Shown here: in pieces, positions 12,885 through 26,024 of the stretch | Layout of the letters: each line of letters begins with the position of its first letter | Position numbering within the stretch: position 1 is the first letter of the stretch | From: Hemiscyllium ocellatum | Lineage: Eukaryota | Assembly (NCBI RefSeq): GCF_020745735.1 | Contig: NC_083430.1 | Span: 23,240,909 to 23,304,908, forward strand | DNA length: 64,000 nt | Reading direction: 5' to 3' | Program-made: the position numbers and the translations under genes | The notes under the pieces: generated by a model | Databases searched by the model: none | Told to the model about the DNA's origin: nothing | Seen by the model: only the letters and a program-made list of their open reading frames with translations

Positions 12885-13620
12885 TGGACTGATAGGGTTG
12901 TTGAGGTATAGAAACAGACCCTCCGGTCCAACTAGTCCATGCTGAACATAATCCTAAACTAAAATAGTCCCAGACTAAACTAGCTCCTGGCCCATATTTA
13001 TTCAAACCTTTCTTATTCATGCACTTATTCAAAGGTCTTTCAGACATTGTAATTGTACCCACATCCATCACTTCCTCAGGACGTTCCTACCACATGTGAA
13101 CCACCCTCTGTGTAAAAGAAATCGCCCCATGCTTTTTTAAAAAATCTCTCTCTTTTCACCTTAAAAATGTGCACCCAGACTTGAAATCACCCACCCTAGG
13201 GAAAAGACAACTACCATTAATTCTGTCTATACCCCTAACTAATTTATAAATGTCTCTTAGGTATCCCCTCAACCTTCTATACTCCAGTGAAAAAGATCCC
13301 AGCGTATCCAGCCTTTCTTTATAACTCAATTCTTCCATACCTGGCAACATCCTGGTAAATCTCTTCTGAACCTTCTCTAGCTTGATAATATCCTTCCTGT
13401 AACTGGGTGACCAGAACTGGACACAGTACTCCAGAAGATGCCTCACCAATGCCCTGTACAACATCAACATGACTTCCCAACTCCTATACTCTGGACTGAA
13501 CAATGAAGGTAAGCATGTAAAACGCCTTTTAACCACTCTGTCTATATGTGACCCGAACTTCAAAGAATTATGTATCTGAACCCCTAGGTCTCTCTGTTCT
13601 ACATCACTACCCACTATTGA
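12885..13620 (-). mobile_element. CR1-type LINE 3' fragment
   Basis: ORF 13156..13614: QRDLGVQIHNSLK..LYRALVRHLLEYCVQFWSPSYRKDIIKLEKVQKRFTRMLPG. Confidence 0.92.
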
Positions 13621-16600
13621 CTGTATACACCCTCCCCTCTTCCCTCTTACAAAAAAACCCTCAGCTCTCTCATCGTTGGACTGAACTAGAACATATAGTC
13701 AAGTTTTGCGAAGAATATGGAAAATTACTCAGGTCCAAGAGGTATACCAGATCAGCCAAATTAACAAGAGAGGGGAAAAAATATCAGAAGTGAAAGGCAT
13801 AACAGAACAGCAAGTGTTGCTCAGCAAGTCTTGTCTGAGAAGAAATAAAGCACAGCATGAGAGAATCCTTAAATAATAAGTTACAAATGGTTAGCAAATG
13901 AGTAGGGGAAGAAAAGAAAATATCTTTCTTTTGCAGACATTTTTAAAAGATGAAATCACATGTGGAGAGTCAGGTTTCTCACAGTAAGTGGCTGGGTGGG
14001 TGGCTGCTGATAATATATCTTCATGAACACACACAGACCATATGAAATTTCTTAATTCCCTATATGGCCAATTCACTGCAGATGTAACAAAATAACTATA
14101 AATCTGCATACAGCAATGCAAGATGACTTGAAACTTTGGCTGCTGCGCATGTACCAAGTTTCAAAACATTCTGTTTGTTTTCTCAGTTACTCTTGCTACA
14201 GGAAAAGGGGAAGTGGGAGAGAGACCATTCTCAGAATAAGTCAGCAATCTTGCAGGGAGCTTGTATTTTGTACTTTTTTTTCCTTTCATTAGGTTCTCTC
14301 TTCTGCTGGTTGAGAACAGACTTGAGGAACCCAGGCAACTGCAATCCAGGTAAAGTTGCCATATCTTCCTCAATCTCCAATGCAAGCTCCATCTTTGCTC
14401 TGCTTCCTGCTGTAATCTGCTGTCCTAAGGACAATAAAAATGTCACTGTTTTAATGATTCACTTCTTCCTCTCAGTCAGACTTCTAGTCATGGGTCAAAT
14501 AAAAAAAAACTTAGTCATCAAATATTGAGCAATATGAACAGTATCCTTCAGCTATGCAAGGAAGTGAATTCTTTTGAAGGGCATTGTCCTCTTGTCAAAT
14601 TATTTTGTCAATTAAAAAGCTAGGTTCGGTTTGCTCTTATGGCAACGTGAAAATCTACCATCACAAAGTATCATGCTTTGCAAAGTAATGTATCATGTGA
14701 GATTTTAGGACTCAGGCGTGTTCATTTATCATTTATTGTAACACAATAAAAATAGTTAGTATCTGTCAAAGTTTAAAGAGCAGGGCATTTATTAACTTCA
14801 AATCATGACAGTTTTGTATACTCAGAAGGCTCACATTAGCTCCCATCAATTTGTGACCATTGCCCCACTCTGAGAAAATTGAATTCAGCCTCCTGGCCCA
14901 GAAGTAGGGACACTACCATTGCACCACAAGGACCCTTATCAGTCATTATATAATTCATGCATTCTCTACAGCATCACCATTATCAATTAGAGTCTGCTTG
15001 CTGGTCAATCAGCACATTCTTTTCAAACAATATAAAAACTTGTTCTCCTTTCTATGGGTGTTCTTGCAAATGTCCACTTTAGTTCAAGACAAAGAAAAAT
15101 GTTTTTAAATCTTTTTTTCTGCTATTTCAAGATCTGTGCTACCAAAAGTAACAGTTGTGCAAAGGCTGCAGTATGGATACAGAAGTTGAGGCATGCTTAC
15201 AAAGTCCTATGGCATTGTATTTACATTAATAACAATACATCCTTCTCTTCAGATACAATGTCTGTTGTTCTGGTTGTTCAGGAGGATATTTATGAGCTAG
15301 CACGTCAAGACAGCCATGCCACTTCTTTCAGCATACTTTCTTCCAATACTCTTTCGTGAGTTTTATTCAATGCTGGTTTGAAACTGTCTCTTGTGAAGTG
15401 TAAAAGACAGCTTTGGGTATCTGGAACAAAAAGTACAATCACAGCACTTTGTATTTCAGCCTGTGTGGCAAATCTTGTAATCTGAAAGTGGTGCAAAAAT
15501 ATGTAATGCTGTAATTCTTGTAAGGAGAAAAGGAATTGGAAAAATGTGTCAAAGGTTGGCAGCTTTCTCTGGAGTTGGTGCCATTTTAATCATATTGATG
15601 TGACTGTTTTCCACAGGCATGTGGTGTAGAAATGGTTCATTTAACTTTCATGCACAAAGTTCTAACATTTTTGGCACAAATCCATGATTGGGCAATAATA
15701 GGATAATGGTGATTTTGAAGGTGAAAGCAATGCTTTAAGAACATATCTGAATATGCAAGAACATCTTGAGACAGGGTACAGAACAGTTAATTGGTTTAAC
15801 CATTTTGCAATTCTGACTCACCAAGGCAACGATTATCAGAAGCTTTTTTTATTAGAATGTTACTATTCATGGGTGGCATAAAACCAGATGTTGCGTTATC
15901 AAATGATTTGTTTTGCACAGCTAAGTGACAGTCAATAAGTTGTTCTATTCATTGCCAGGTAATGCTCCTCGGATGCTGCCTGAACTGCTGTGCTCTTCCA
16001 GCACCACTAATCCAGATAATGGTCAAGTCCAATCAGAAACCACCTCCTTTGATCTTTAATAACATCAATACATACAAGGTAACCATGGCTGATGAGGGAA
16101 GTCAGGGATGGCATAAAAGCGAAAAAAAAACACATATGATGTGGTGAAGATTAGTGGGAAGCCAGAGGATTAGGAAACATTAAAAAACAGTAGAGGATGA
16201 CCAAAGAAGCAATAGGGGGGGGGGAGTGGAGAAGATAAAATGTAAGGGTAATCTAGAGAGTAATTTGAAGGAAGATTGTAAGAGCTTTTTAAGATATATA
16301 AAGAAAGTAAGACCGAGGCAAGATGCTGGTAAAGGAGACTGGAGAAATAGTTATGTTGAACAAAGAAAAGGTGGTGAAACAGCATAGGTACTTTGCATCT
16401 GCCTTCACACTGGAAAACACCAGTAAGCTTAGCAGAACTTCAAGAAAGTCAGGAGGCAGAAGTGAGTATAGTGGTCATTACTAAGGAGAAGGTCATGGGT
16501 TGAAAAGCCTGAAGGTGGATTAATAACCTGGACCAAATAGAATATGCCCCGGAGTTCTGAAGGCAACAGCTGAGGAGATTGTAGAGGCATTGGTGATCAT

Positions 16601-16996
16601 CTTTCAGGAATCCCTATAGTCAGGGGACTGTGTAATGGCTAATATTACATGCTTATTTAAGAAGGAAGGGAGGGAGGCAAAAATTGGGAAATTATAGGCT
16701 GTTTAGCCTGACCTCAGCCATTGGTAAGATTTTAAGAGTCCATTATTAAGGGACACTTGGAAGCGCATGGTAAAATAAGGTTGAGTCTCACGGCTTCATT
16801 GAGGGGAGGTTATGCCTGACAAATCTGTTCAAATTCTTTTAAGAAAGTAACAAACAAGTTAGACAAAGGAGATCCAGTGACGTGATCTACAGTATTTGGA
16901 TTTCCAGAAGGCCTTTGTAAAGGTGCCACACAGGAAGCTGCTCAATAAGATAAGAGCCCATGGTGTGAGGGACAAACTACTGGCAAGGATAGAGGA

Positions 16997-17090
16997 GTTG
17001 AGTTGAAAAATGTGTTGCTGGAAAAGCGCAGCAGGTCAGGCAGCATCCAAGGAGCTGGAGAATCGATGTTTCGGGCATAAGCCCTTCTTC
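16997..17090 (-). mobile_element. 94-bp Penelope-derived short element with hammerhead motif and 11-bp TSD
   Basis: TSD aggatagagga at 16986-16996 and 17091-17101. Minus strand reads atc-CTGAAGA-A-GGGCttatGCCC-GAAAC-ATC-gat. Confidence 0.85.
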
Positions 17091-17992
17091 AGGATAGAGG
17101 ATTGGCTGACTGGCAAAAGGCAGAGAGTAGGAATATTGGGGGCTTTTTCAAGATGGCATTCGGTAACTGGTGGAGTTCGGCAGGGAACTATGTTGGGAAC
17201 CCAACTATTCACATCATACATTAATGATTTGGATGAAAGAACTGAGGGCATTGCTGCTCAGGTTGTAGATAATACAAAGATATGTGAAGGGACAGGTACT
17301 GTTGAGGAACTGGGCAGGCTGGAGAAGAACTTGGACAGGCTAGGGGAATGGGCAAAGAAGTGGCATTTGGAATTCATTTGGGAAAATATGAGATTACCCA
17401 CTTTGGTAAGAAGAATAGAGGTGTAGACTATTTTCTACATTTCAGAAATCTGAAGCACAAAGGGACCTGAGATTCCGAGTTGGGGATTCTTTAAGGTTAA
17501 CATGCAGGTTCAGTTGGCAGTTTGGAAGTCAAATGCAGTGTTATCCTTCGTTTCAAGACATGGTAGAATACGTGAGAAGAAATATACTGCTGAGGATGTA
17601 TAAGGCTCTGGTTGGACCACATTTGGAATACGGCAAGCAGTTTTGGGTCCCGTATCTAAGTCTGGCTTTGGAGGAGTCCAAGAGGAGGTTCACAAGAATG
17701 ATCCCAGGAACGAAGAGCTTGTCATATGAAGGGCAGCTGAGAGTTTGTATTTGATAGAGTTTAGAAGGATGAGAGGGGAACCACATTGAAATATACAGAA
17801 TACTGAGAGGCTTGGATAGAGTGTACATGAAGACAGTGTTTTCACTAGTAAAGGACTGTGACTAGAGGGAAGGGACCCTTTAGAACAGAAATGAGGAGGA
17901 ATTTCTTCAGCCAGAGAGTTACTAATCTGTAGCTCTCATTGCTGCTGAAGGCTGTGGAGACCAAGTCACCGAGTGTATTTAAGACAGCGATA

Positions 17993-18087
17993 GATGAAGA
18001 GTCATGTAGACTCGAAACGTTAGCTTGCTCTCTCTCCACGGATGCTGCCTGACCCACTGTGATTTCCAGCATCTTTTGTTTTCAGTC
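17993..18087 (+). mobile_element. Short Penelope-derived element with 5'-clipped hammerhead motif
   Basis: GATGA-A-GAGTCatgtaGACTC-GAAACGTT-agct followed by ggatgctgcctgacc..ccagcatc. Interrupts the CR1 3' region. Confidence 0.8.
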
Positions 18088-19095
18088 AGAGATATATAGT
18101 TCTTGATTGGTAAAGGGATCAAAGATTACAGGGAGAAGGCAGGAGAATGAGGTTGGAAACTTTTCAGCCACATTGAATGGTGGAGTAGCCTTAATGGGCT
18201 GAGTGGTCTAACTCCTTTTATTTTGTCTTATGGTCAATGCTGGTTGGATATCCACAATGAGTATCTTTATGATTACTATTGACCAGAAATGTAATTAGTT
18301 TAACCACATCAATACCTCGATTACAACAGCCAGCAGAGACCCATCTTCTGAACCATTGAAGACTCTCCCTACCAAGGGGATTATGTCAGGAACGTGATAC
18401 AATGGATTGGTGTTGCTGGAACAGTCTGTCAGGAATTTGACATCACTCCAGGACCCGGTGGCCTGAACGATTAGGGTTGCTGACACTGAATGCTGCATTC
18501 ATCCCCATCATCATGGGATGCGCAATTTGCTTTAGTAGATAAGTGGTTCACAGCATTCGCCAAACTGATCTCAACAGGTACTGCCAGCCCCTCCCACGAG
18601 GGGGAAAATCATTGAAAGATTGTCATCTTCAAATTCCCCTCCAATCACACAACACCTTCGATGTGAGAAATTCCACTCTCTGTCAGATCATGGATTTGAG
18701 TTCAGACTCCCCAGTGCACTAACGCTGAAGCTATCCAACTCTAACATTAATGACTAATGCCTGAATCTTTAGCAGTAAGGTTCTGCGTTGACTTCAATTT
18801 TTGACAAAAGTTCCAGCAGTGTAGTTCACTAATGTTTCTAGAAATCAGATACTTCCAATAATTACTGTTGATTAAGTGAAAAATTTTGTGTTTTATGTAT
18901 TAACCCAAACATACCAGTTCAAAACCAAGCTATGCTGGATAAGTGCTTGGACACGGGCTTGCTCAATCCAAGTTGTACATACATGCTGCAGTTAATCAAC
19001 TTGCAGATACAACTGCTCGAGGAAGCAGGAAATCTTCCAGGCAGAGACTATTCAATGCCATCTGCTATGCAAATCACAAGGGAGTTCATGGAAGA

Positions 19096-19565
19096 TTTGA
19101 ATTGAATTGAATTGAATTTATTGTCATGTGTATTGAGGCACAGTGAAAAGCTTTGTCTTGCGAGCAATACAGGCAGATCACAGTGTTAAGTAGCAGAGAT
19201 AAGTAAATAATAGGTAAACAGCAGCAAAAACCAAAACACAGATACAGGCGAATGTTCAGAGTTTGTGAGTCCATTCAGTATTCTAACAACAGTAGGGTAG
19301 AAACAGTTTTGAAACCAGCTGGTGCATATGTTCAGGCTTCTGTACCTTCTCTCTGATGGTAGAGGTTGTAGAAAAGCATTCCCAGGGTTGGATGGATCTT
19401 TGAGAATGCTGGCGGCCTTTCCTTAACAGCGAACCCGGTAGATGGATTCTATAGATGGGAGGTTGGCCTTTGTGATTGTCTGGGCCACTCACCACTCACT
19501 GTAAGCGTCTCCAATCTTGAATGGTACAGTTGCCATACATCCAGACAGAATGCTCAGCATCCATG
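19096..19565 (-). mobile_element. 3' fragment of a Rex1/Babar-type LINE with (ATTCA)n tail
   Basis: Reverse-complement match to about 57520-58008 (GPDNHKGQP; CLYCSQDKAFHCA). gaattgaattgaatt tail at 19096-19118. Confidence 0.85.
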
Positions 19566-20454
19566 ATGACAAGGAGAGTTGGGTTGGCAAATTGGAGCCA
19601 GGTGGCCTTCCGCGATCTGTTTGCCCCACAATTCCAGAATTATGGGCTGCATTTTACAGAGCACTGCCATCTCCATTCTCTCGTCGAGAAAGTCAGGGGA
19701 ACTCACCCACAACCCTAGCAGCCTGCTTCCCATCCATGTAACACATTGACCTTCATTAATTGCTTAAAGATGTGACTTCCTTCTAAAACAAGAGCTGAAG
19801 TCCTATCTCAGAGAGCTGTTCATCAGATGGGTAATGAAATAACTCTACAACAGTTGATATCCCATCACTGAGTCGATATCAGTGCAAATTTTGGATTGTT
19901 TTTCCCTCCAAGAACCTAGTTTGAATGGTTTTGCTAATCAAGAGTACCACCACATCCAGGACTCCTCTGCAACTTTTCCTGTTTATTTTTACAGAACCAT
20001 TTCAGTAAAATGGTTTTATAAGGACTTCACCATCTTCTGAATTGATGTACTTTGTCCACAAAATAATGAATATTCGTTTGTGTCAAAATTTAGAAAATGA
20101 CTTAAGATCAAGTCACCAGAAAGTGGCCAATGGGTGAAATGTTTTGGAAGTTTCGGTAGATGACAAACTGACAAAATAAAAATGCCTGCAGCTCTTACTC
20201 AATCCCAATTGGTTCTGTTAGATTTGCTGGTAGATAAAGCTTTTGCACAGACTCTAGCAGGATTCTGTCTGCTAAAGGCAATCCATGTGGCACTTGGGCA
20301 CCTGATAGCACTTTAATCCACTCCTGAACAGGATACCCATTGTGGCTACCATTACAGGTAAGCCTCCTTTTAGCACTGGCAGGAGGTCCATGCATTCTCA
20401 TCCAGGTCCCACACAGAAAGTCCATTCAATCAGATGCTTTTCAGAAACCTCATA

Positions 20455-21115
20455 GAACCATAGAATCCCCACTGTGTTAAAGCAGGCCATTCAGCCCATC
20501 AAGTCTACACTGACCCTCCAAAGAGCTGTCCAAGCCAAACCCCCTATCCTATCCCTGTATCCCTGCATTTCCCATGGCTAATCCACCCAGGGGCGGCACG
20601 GTGTTTCAATGGTTAGCACTGCTGCCTTACAGCACCAGGGACCCAGGTTCAATTCCAGTCTCAGGTGTCTGTTTGGAGTTTGCACATTCTCCCCGTGTCT
20701 GTGTGGGTTTCCTCCGGGTGCTCTGATTTCCTCCCACACTCTAAAGATGTGCAGGTCAGGTGAATTGGCTATGTTAAATTGCCCATAGTGTTAGGTGCAT
20801 TAGTCAGAGGGAAATGGGTCTGGGTGGGTTACTCTTCAGAGGGTCAGTGTGGACTTGTTGGGCCAAAGGGCCTGTTTCCACACTGTAGGAAATCTAATCT
20901 CGCCTGCACGTCCCTGGACACTGTGGGCAATTTAACTTGGTCAATCCACCTACGTTACACCCGTTTGGACTGTGAGAGGAAACTGGGGCATCTGGAGGAA
21001 ATCCACGCAGACATGGGGAGAATTTGCAAACAATTGCCCAAGTGTGGGAGCAAACCTGTGTCCCTGGCACTGTGAGGCAGCAGTGCTAACCACTGAACCA
21101 CCATACTGCCCCATG
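20455..21115 (-). mobile_element. HE1-type SINE (minus) with a second full HE1 (plus, 20591-20900) nested inside
   Basis: Outer copy reads ...ggctaatccacccag | cgcctgcacgtcc... Inner copy runs gggcggcacggt...cactgtaggaaatctaatct. Confidence 0.88.
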
Positions 21116-22894
21116 CCACTCCCAGGAAACCTGTAAAATATCATACGGTACTATTTGAAAAAGAGTAAGGGAGCTCTTATACTCTGGCACATGCATAGCC
21201 TCCTCTCCCCACTGAAAAATGACCAGACATTCTGCTACTTCAAATGCCTTTTTCTGGCACTTGACCATGTAGAAAGTTTGCCCAGCTAACCACTGTGACT
21301 GTACTTTTAAAATAATACATTAATTGTGAAGTGCTTTGGATCCCCAAAAGAAATGAAAAGCCAAACATAAGTCAAAAAGCTCTTTTCTTAAACACACTTA
21401 GTAGTTCTAGAATCAATGTAAGGAACCAGATGGATCAAGTGTAATATATCCTTAACTGCTTTTTAGCGAGGCATTTTTGTTTAGAGAATGATTTATTTGT
21501 GCAAGTGCTGTAACTTAAAGGAGCCAACCTGTGAGCAGCATGCATGGAATCTTTTGTGTTATCGTATAGCTTAGAGGAAACATACATCAATGATCTTTAC
21601 AGACCTAAACCGTTTTGTTAGTTGTGATTATAGGAAGGAATTGTTTTCAGCTATTGGTCTATCCTGCATCAAATGAATGTAAGAAATCATAAAAAGACTA
21701 ACTATCTTTCCGCACTTTGTCATAGGCCTTTCAACAGCCATGTGCAGCTCACACGAATATGAAATCCATCAGATTTATCAGTCTTTTCAGAACAGGGATA
21801 TTTCTCTCTTCATGTCAAAGAACATGACAACTTACTTTGAAATGCTTGGTGCTTACCTTGGGTTAAAGTGAGAAAAATTTCCCTCAACAATACGTAAAGT
21901 TGTGTCCTTCATGTGCACAAGTTCTCCCTCCTAAAAAATAACCAGCTTCAGATGTGTACTCATGACGCTGAGGTCAGTAACTTACTTCATGTCTCTTTGC
22001 ATGAGAGCCATTAGGCCCCACGTCATCCTGCAGCTATTTTTCACATCCTGCTACTCCTCCACTGAGAATAGAGGGAATCAAGTTAGATCCTAACTAAATA
22101 ACTGCTGGGATTATCAGTGCAGCATTCCTGTACTATCTTTCATCCTAGTATTCATTGAAAGTACAGCAGCAAGAAGGAACATATGCACCAATGCCCTTGG
22201 GCACAATTTATGCTCTCTCTGTTGAAACACAGCCTAGTTCAGAGTGTGTGCTGTCTATTGGGATATCCATTACATCACTGCTTTTTTACATAAATCAGAA
22301 GTTAGCCTGTGTTTATCCATGACCAACATCAAGACAAGGATAAAATCCAGATGTTTAAGTGCTTAGCTTTTCCAAGAAAACATTAAGCTGTTCATTCCCT
22401 TTTTTGGCAAAAAGAAGCTTGCTCCTTTTGTAAAGTTAACCTGAGGCTGAAAGTAAAGTTTGTAGTGCACACACACACGGCTGTTTAAGATTAATGTTAA
22501 AAGATGTTTATTCCTTCATATTCTCTGCAAACACTGGGAAAACATTTCAACATTAGAGGCAGAATCTTCCACAGCCGGGAGTGGGAAGGCAAAATAACTG
22601 GGAAACCTAGCACAGGAAGCCAAAAGCCATATTCCTAGCTGGGTCACGGCTAGGTACGATGAAGTAATTTGCCTCTCCTGTTTTTAGGCAGTCTCTTTGT
22701 TGGTTGCAACATATATTTTCAGTCCTGTTTAGCATGCAGCTATCTCACTTCAATTAAAATGGAGTTCTAGTGAAAACGAAGGACCAATTACAAGATTTAC
22801 TTGTAAAGGAAAGAGAGATTTCTTTCAAGAAAAATAATAAAACACACCAAACACAGTAATGCGTATAAAATGGAAAGAGGGTTTCGTGAAGACA

Positions 22895-23222
22895 GGAATC
22901 ACAGAATCCCAACAGTGTGGAAGCGGGCCATTTGGCCTATCGAGTCCACACTGACCATCCAAACAGCATCCCACCCAGACCCACCTCCCATTCCGATAAC
23001 CCTGCACTTCCCATGGCTAATCCACCAAACCTGCACATTCCTGGGCAATTTAGTACAGCCAATCTACATAACCTGCACAACGTTGGACTGTGAGAAGAAA
23101 CTGGAGCACCCGAAAGAAACTTTCAAAGATAGAGGGGAGAATGTGCAAACTCCACACAGAAAGTCACCCGAGAGTGGAATCAAACCTAGGTCCATGGTGT
23201 TGTGAGACAGCAGTGAGCACAG
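22895..23222 (-). mobile_element. HE1-type V-SINE
   Basis: ggactgtgagaagaaactggagcacccg, gtgcaaactccacacag and tgtgagacagcagtgag on the plus strand. Confidence 0.85.
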
Positions 23223-23624
23223 TTCAAAAGTCTTTAGAGCCTTTAAAGTGCTGGATTTTGAACCTGAGACCACAATTGATTTAACTGTTAACTGAGATTC
23301 TCAGTGGTGGCGAAGTTTTAGATGTGTTTGTAGTCTTGGTGGATGTTTGCTTCGCTAATTTGCTGGTACATTCACATTGTCTTCTGATATGAGGAAAAAC
23401 GAGATAAAGACTTCCAGCTCCCATTGTTTCAAACTCATTTTTCCTTTTCTCCTCTCTGCTGCTCAGTACCAGCTGATGAAATATAATTCATTTATATATT
23501 CTCAAATGTGACTCCATTGTCTTTCAAAGGTGGACATTTGCACACAACCTTTAGTATCTACTATGTGTACTTATCATACAATGCAAATTCAATCTGTGGT
23601 CACGTGATCACCATAGTATTTTAG

Positions 23625-23762
23625 ATAAAAACTGAAAGAACTGCAGATGCTGTAAGTCAGAAACAAAAACAGAAATTGCTGGAAAAGCTCAGCAGGTTCT
23701 GCAGCATCTTTGGAAAGAAATCAGAGTTAATGTTTTGGGTTGAGTGACCCTTTCTCAGAACC
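23625..23762 (-). mobile_element. Short Penelope-derived element with decayed hammerhead motif
   Basis: Minus strand ggtt-CTGAGAA-A-GGGTCactcAACCC-AAAACATT-aactc, then gatgctgc..ctgctgagcttttccagc. Confidence 0.7.
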
Positions 23763-26024
23763 TTCTTCAGTTATTTTAGGTTAGTATTTACACTTTTCTG
23801 AAAACAGAAATTAGTCCTTGGAAAATCTTGGGTATAAAAATCAAATGATGGGAACAAAATCTTAATAATCTATTTGCATCACTCCTATAACAACAGTAGG
23901 ACAAACTTGTGCAGTTAAGTTCTCAGAACTTTAAAGGCAGACACACTTTCCTGATGACAAATGTTGGGAATTAGTTTTGTATGCATATGCATCTCACAAA
24001 TTCTCATTAAAAGTCAGTATCACCAAATGAAGTAGCAACTGACTCCAAAAATGGGAAGGCTTAAGATTTATAGTGGATATGGAAATAGTGATAGACTTGG
24101 GCTCAAGGCAGAGTTCAGGTGTACAGATGGGTATTATAGTGGGGTCCAGTTTAATAGAGGAGGCCAAAGGTGTCAGAGGGCAGGGTGTTCCTAACATGCG
24201 GATGGTCAAGGATTAGGGGGGTTCAGTGGTGACAGGGGAAGGGTAAAAGGTGATTAGTCTTCTTTTGAAAGTGATGCATACCATTTGACTCTTCTCCAGC
24301 TCAGATTACAGTTGTTCACTAATAATGAAGCTAACTTGAGAGGAGGGTCTTTGCAGGTGGGAATGGTTACTGTAGTTCTCTATGGGCCAATTAAAGCTAT
24401 AATGAGTTAACTCTTGCAATAATACATCAACTCAGGTGTGTTCTCCTCTCTGTGGTAAAGCTCCAGGCAATACATTTTCACCATGGCTCAGGATTTTATG
24501 ACATTAAGATCCCAGCAAGATCAGGAGTCGCAGGGAAGTCTGAGATGAAGGGAATTTGCTGTAGTCTGAAGCAGATACAAACAGAAGCTGTCAAAAGATG
24601 CTGAACAGATTAATCCCTGCCATTTGTTCATCCATCAGTTCATACATAAATGAGGCTGGAACAAGTGAACTGTGCACTTTGACCAGCTATAGTATAGCTA
24701 AGGAGGACCCAGGAGACTCAGATCCAGCCAAGGGCAGCCTTGAAAGAATGAGAAGGGGATGAACACTACCTGGAGGGTTGGCAGATTTGTTATCAAACCC
24801 CAAATTCACAAAGGATGCTCAAGGTTTAATCTGACACATGATACAATATTTAGAGATGCCATTGTTGAGAAAGTGATGTAAAAAGTGGATCATAAATTGG
24901 TGCATCTCCAAACCTTTTGCATAAGTGTGCCCATTGCAGAACTAGGAACATTATTAAAAAGGTGGCATCTATTATTGAAATGCAATCATAGTTATATTTA
25001 CATGGGCTATACCCATAGTCTAGTAACACCTTTGCCATCCAAGAGAATTCAAAATGTCTTTATGTATCTTTCTCTTCCACTACACCTAGGTTTTTATCCT
25101 GACATTTGCAGCTAAGGTGGAAGCTGGCGGCTTATTGCTATGTTCTGTTGACTGAGATAACATTGCTCTTTTTCCTCTGATGGTCTGAGGCCAACAGGCT
25201 AGTGCCTGAAGAGGGTCTCCTGCACATTGCTGAGTGTAAATTGGCTGCCATATTTCCAACATTACACCAATGACCACGCTTCTAAAGTACTTCATTGGCC
25301 AGAAGGCATCTAAAGATGTTTGGTGACCATGAGAAGCACCAAATAAATGCAAACCTTTGTTTTAAACTAACAATGACATGTCTGCATAACAGTAATTCCT
25401 CAAGGTAGTTCTATATCCTGTCTCCTTATGAGTTTATTTTTAGGTATTGCAAAAAAATACACAACACAAAACCAACCTCCTGAACATATCTTTTTTTTAT
25501 TTTCCAATTCCTCTATTTGTTTCTGGACTCACAATCTCCATTTTTATTTCAGATCAAATTTATCCCTTTCTGACTGGAACTAAGTGTAAACAGCTCCTGG
25601 TAAAGAAGATCTGCTCTAAATCAACCAGCCTTTGTGCAGCATCACATTACCAGCGCAGTCCATGCACAAGGTTTGATTGATAGCGTCGGTGTGAAAGCAT
25701 TAAATTACATACCCAAGACATGAGTTTGATTGACAGGTGAAAATTAAAGATAATTTCAATCAGGTGTTTATCTGAAGCAGATGGGAATTTCTCATGTGAA
25801 AGCTGAGAATTACTGAGGGGGGTTGCACGGCTCACTCCAAAATACCCACCTGTTCAAAATATTTGATCAGAAACAATGAGAACAGTTCACATCCACTCAG
25901 CAGGATAAGACAGAAGGAGAGATGTTATGAGAGATGGAGAGTGGATTTTTAAACTTCTGTGAAAATCAGGAATTGGTGACTTTTGACCTGTCATTCCAAT
26001 CCTAAAAAAAAATGAAGCACAATA

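Larger units (their letters stand above)
16100..18235 (+). mobile_element. CR1-type LINE, degenerate RT and 3' end, with two nested PLE-derived inserts
   Basis: IEDWLTGKRQRVGI..VTGGVRQGTMLGTQLFTSYINDLDE..VDNTKI and MYKALVGPHLEYGKQFW. Confidence 0.92.

Noticed and set aside
15305-15496. Possible exon after ccactttcag acceptor (ITRFATQAEIQ...)
   Set aside because: No recognisable protein similarity and no consistent donor linking it to the 14424 segment.
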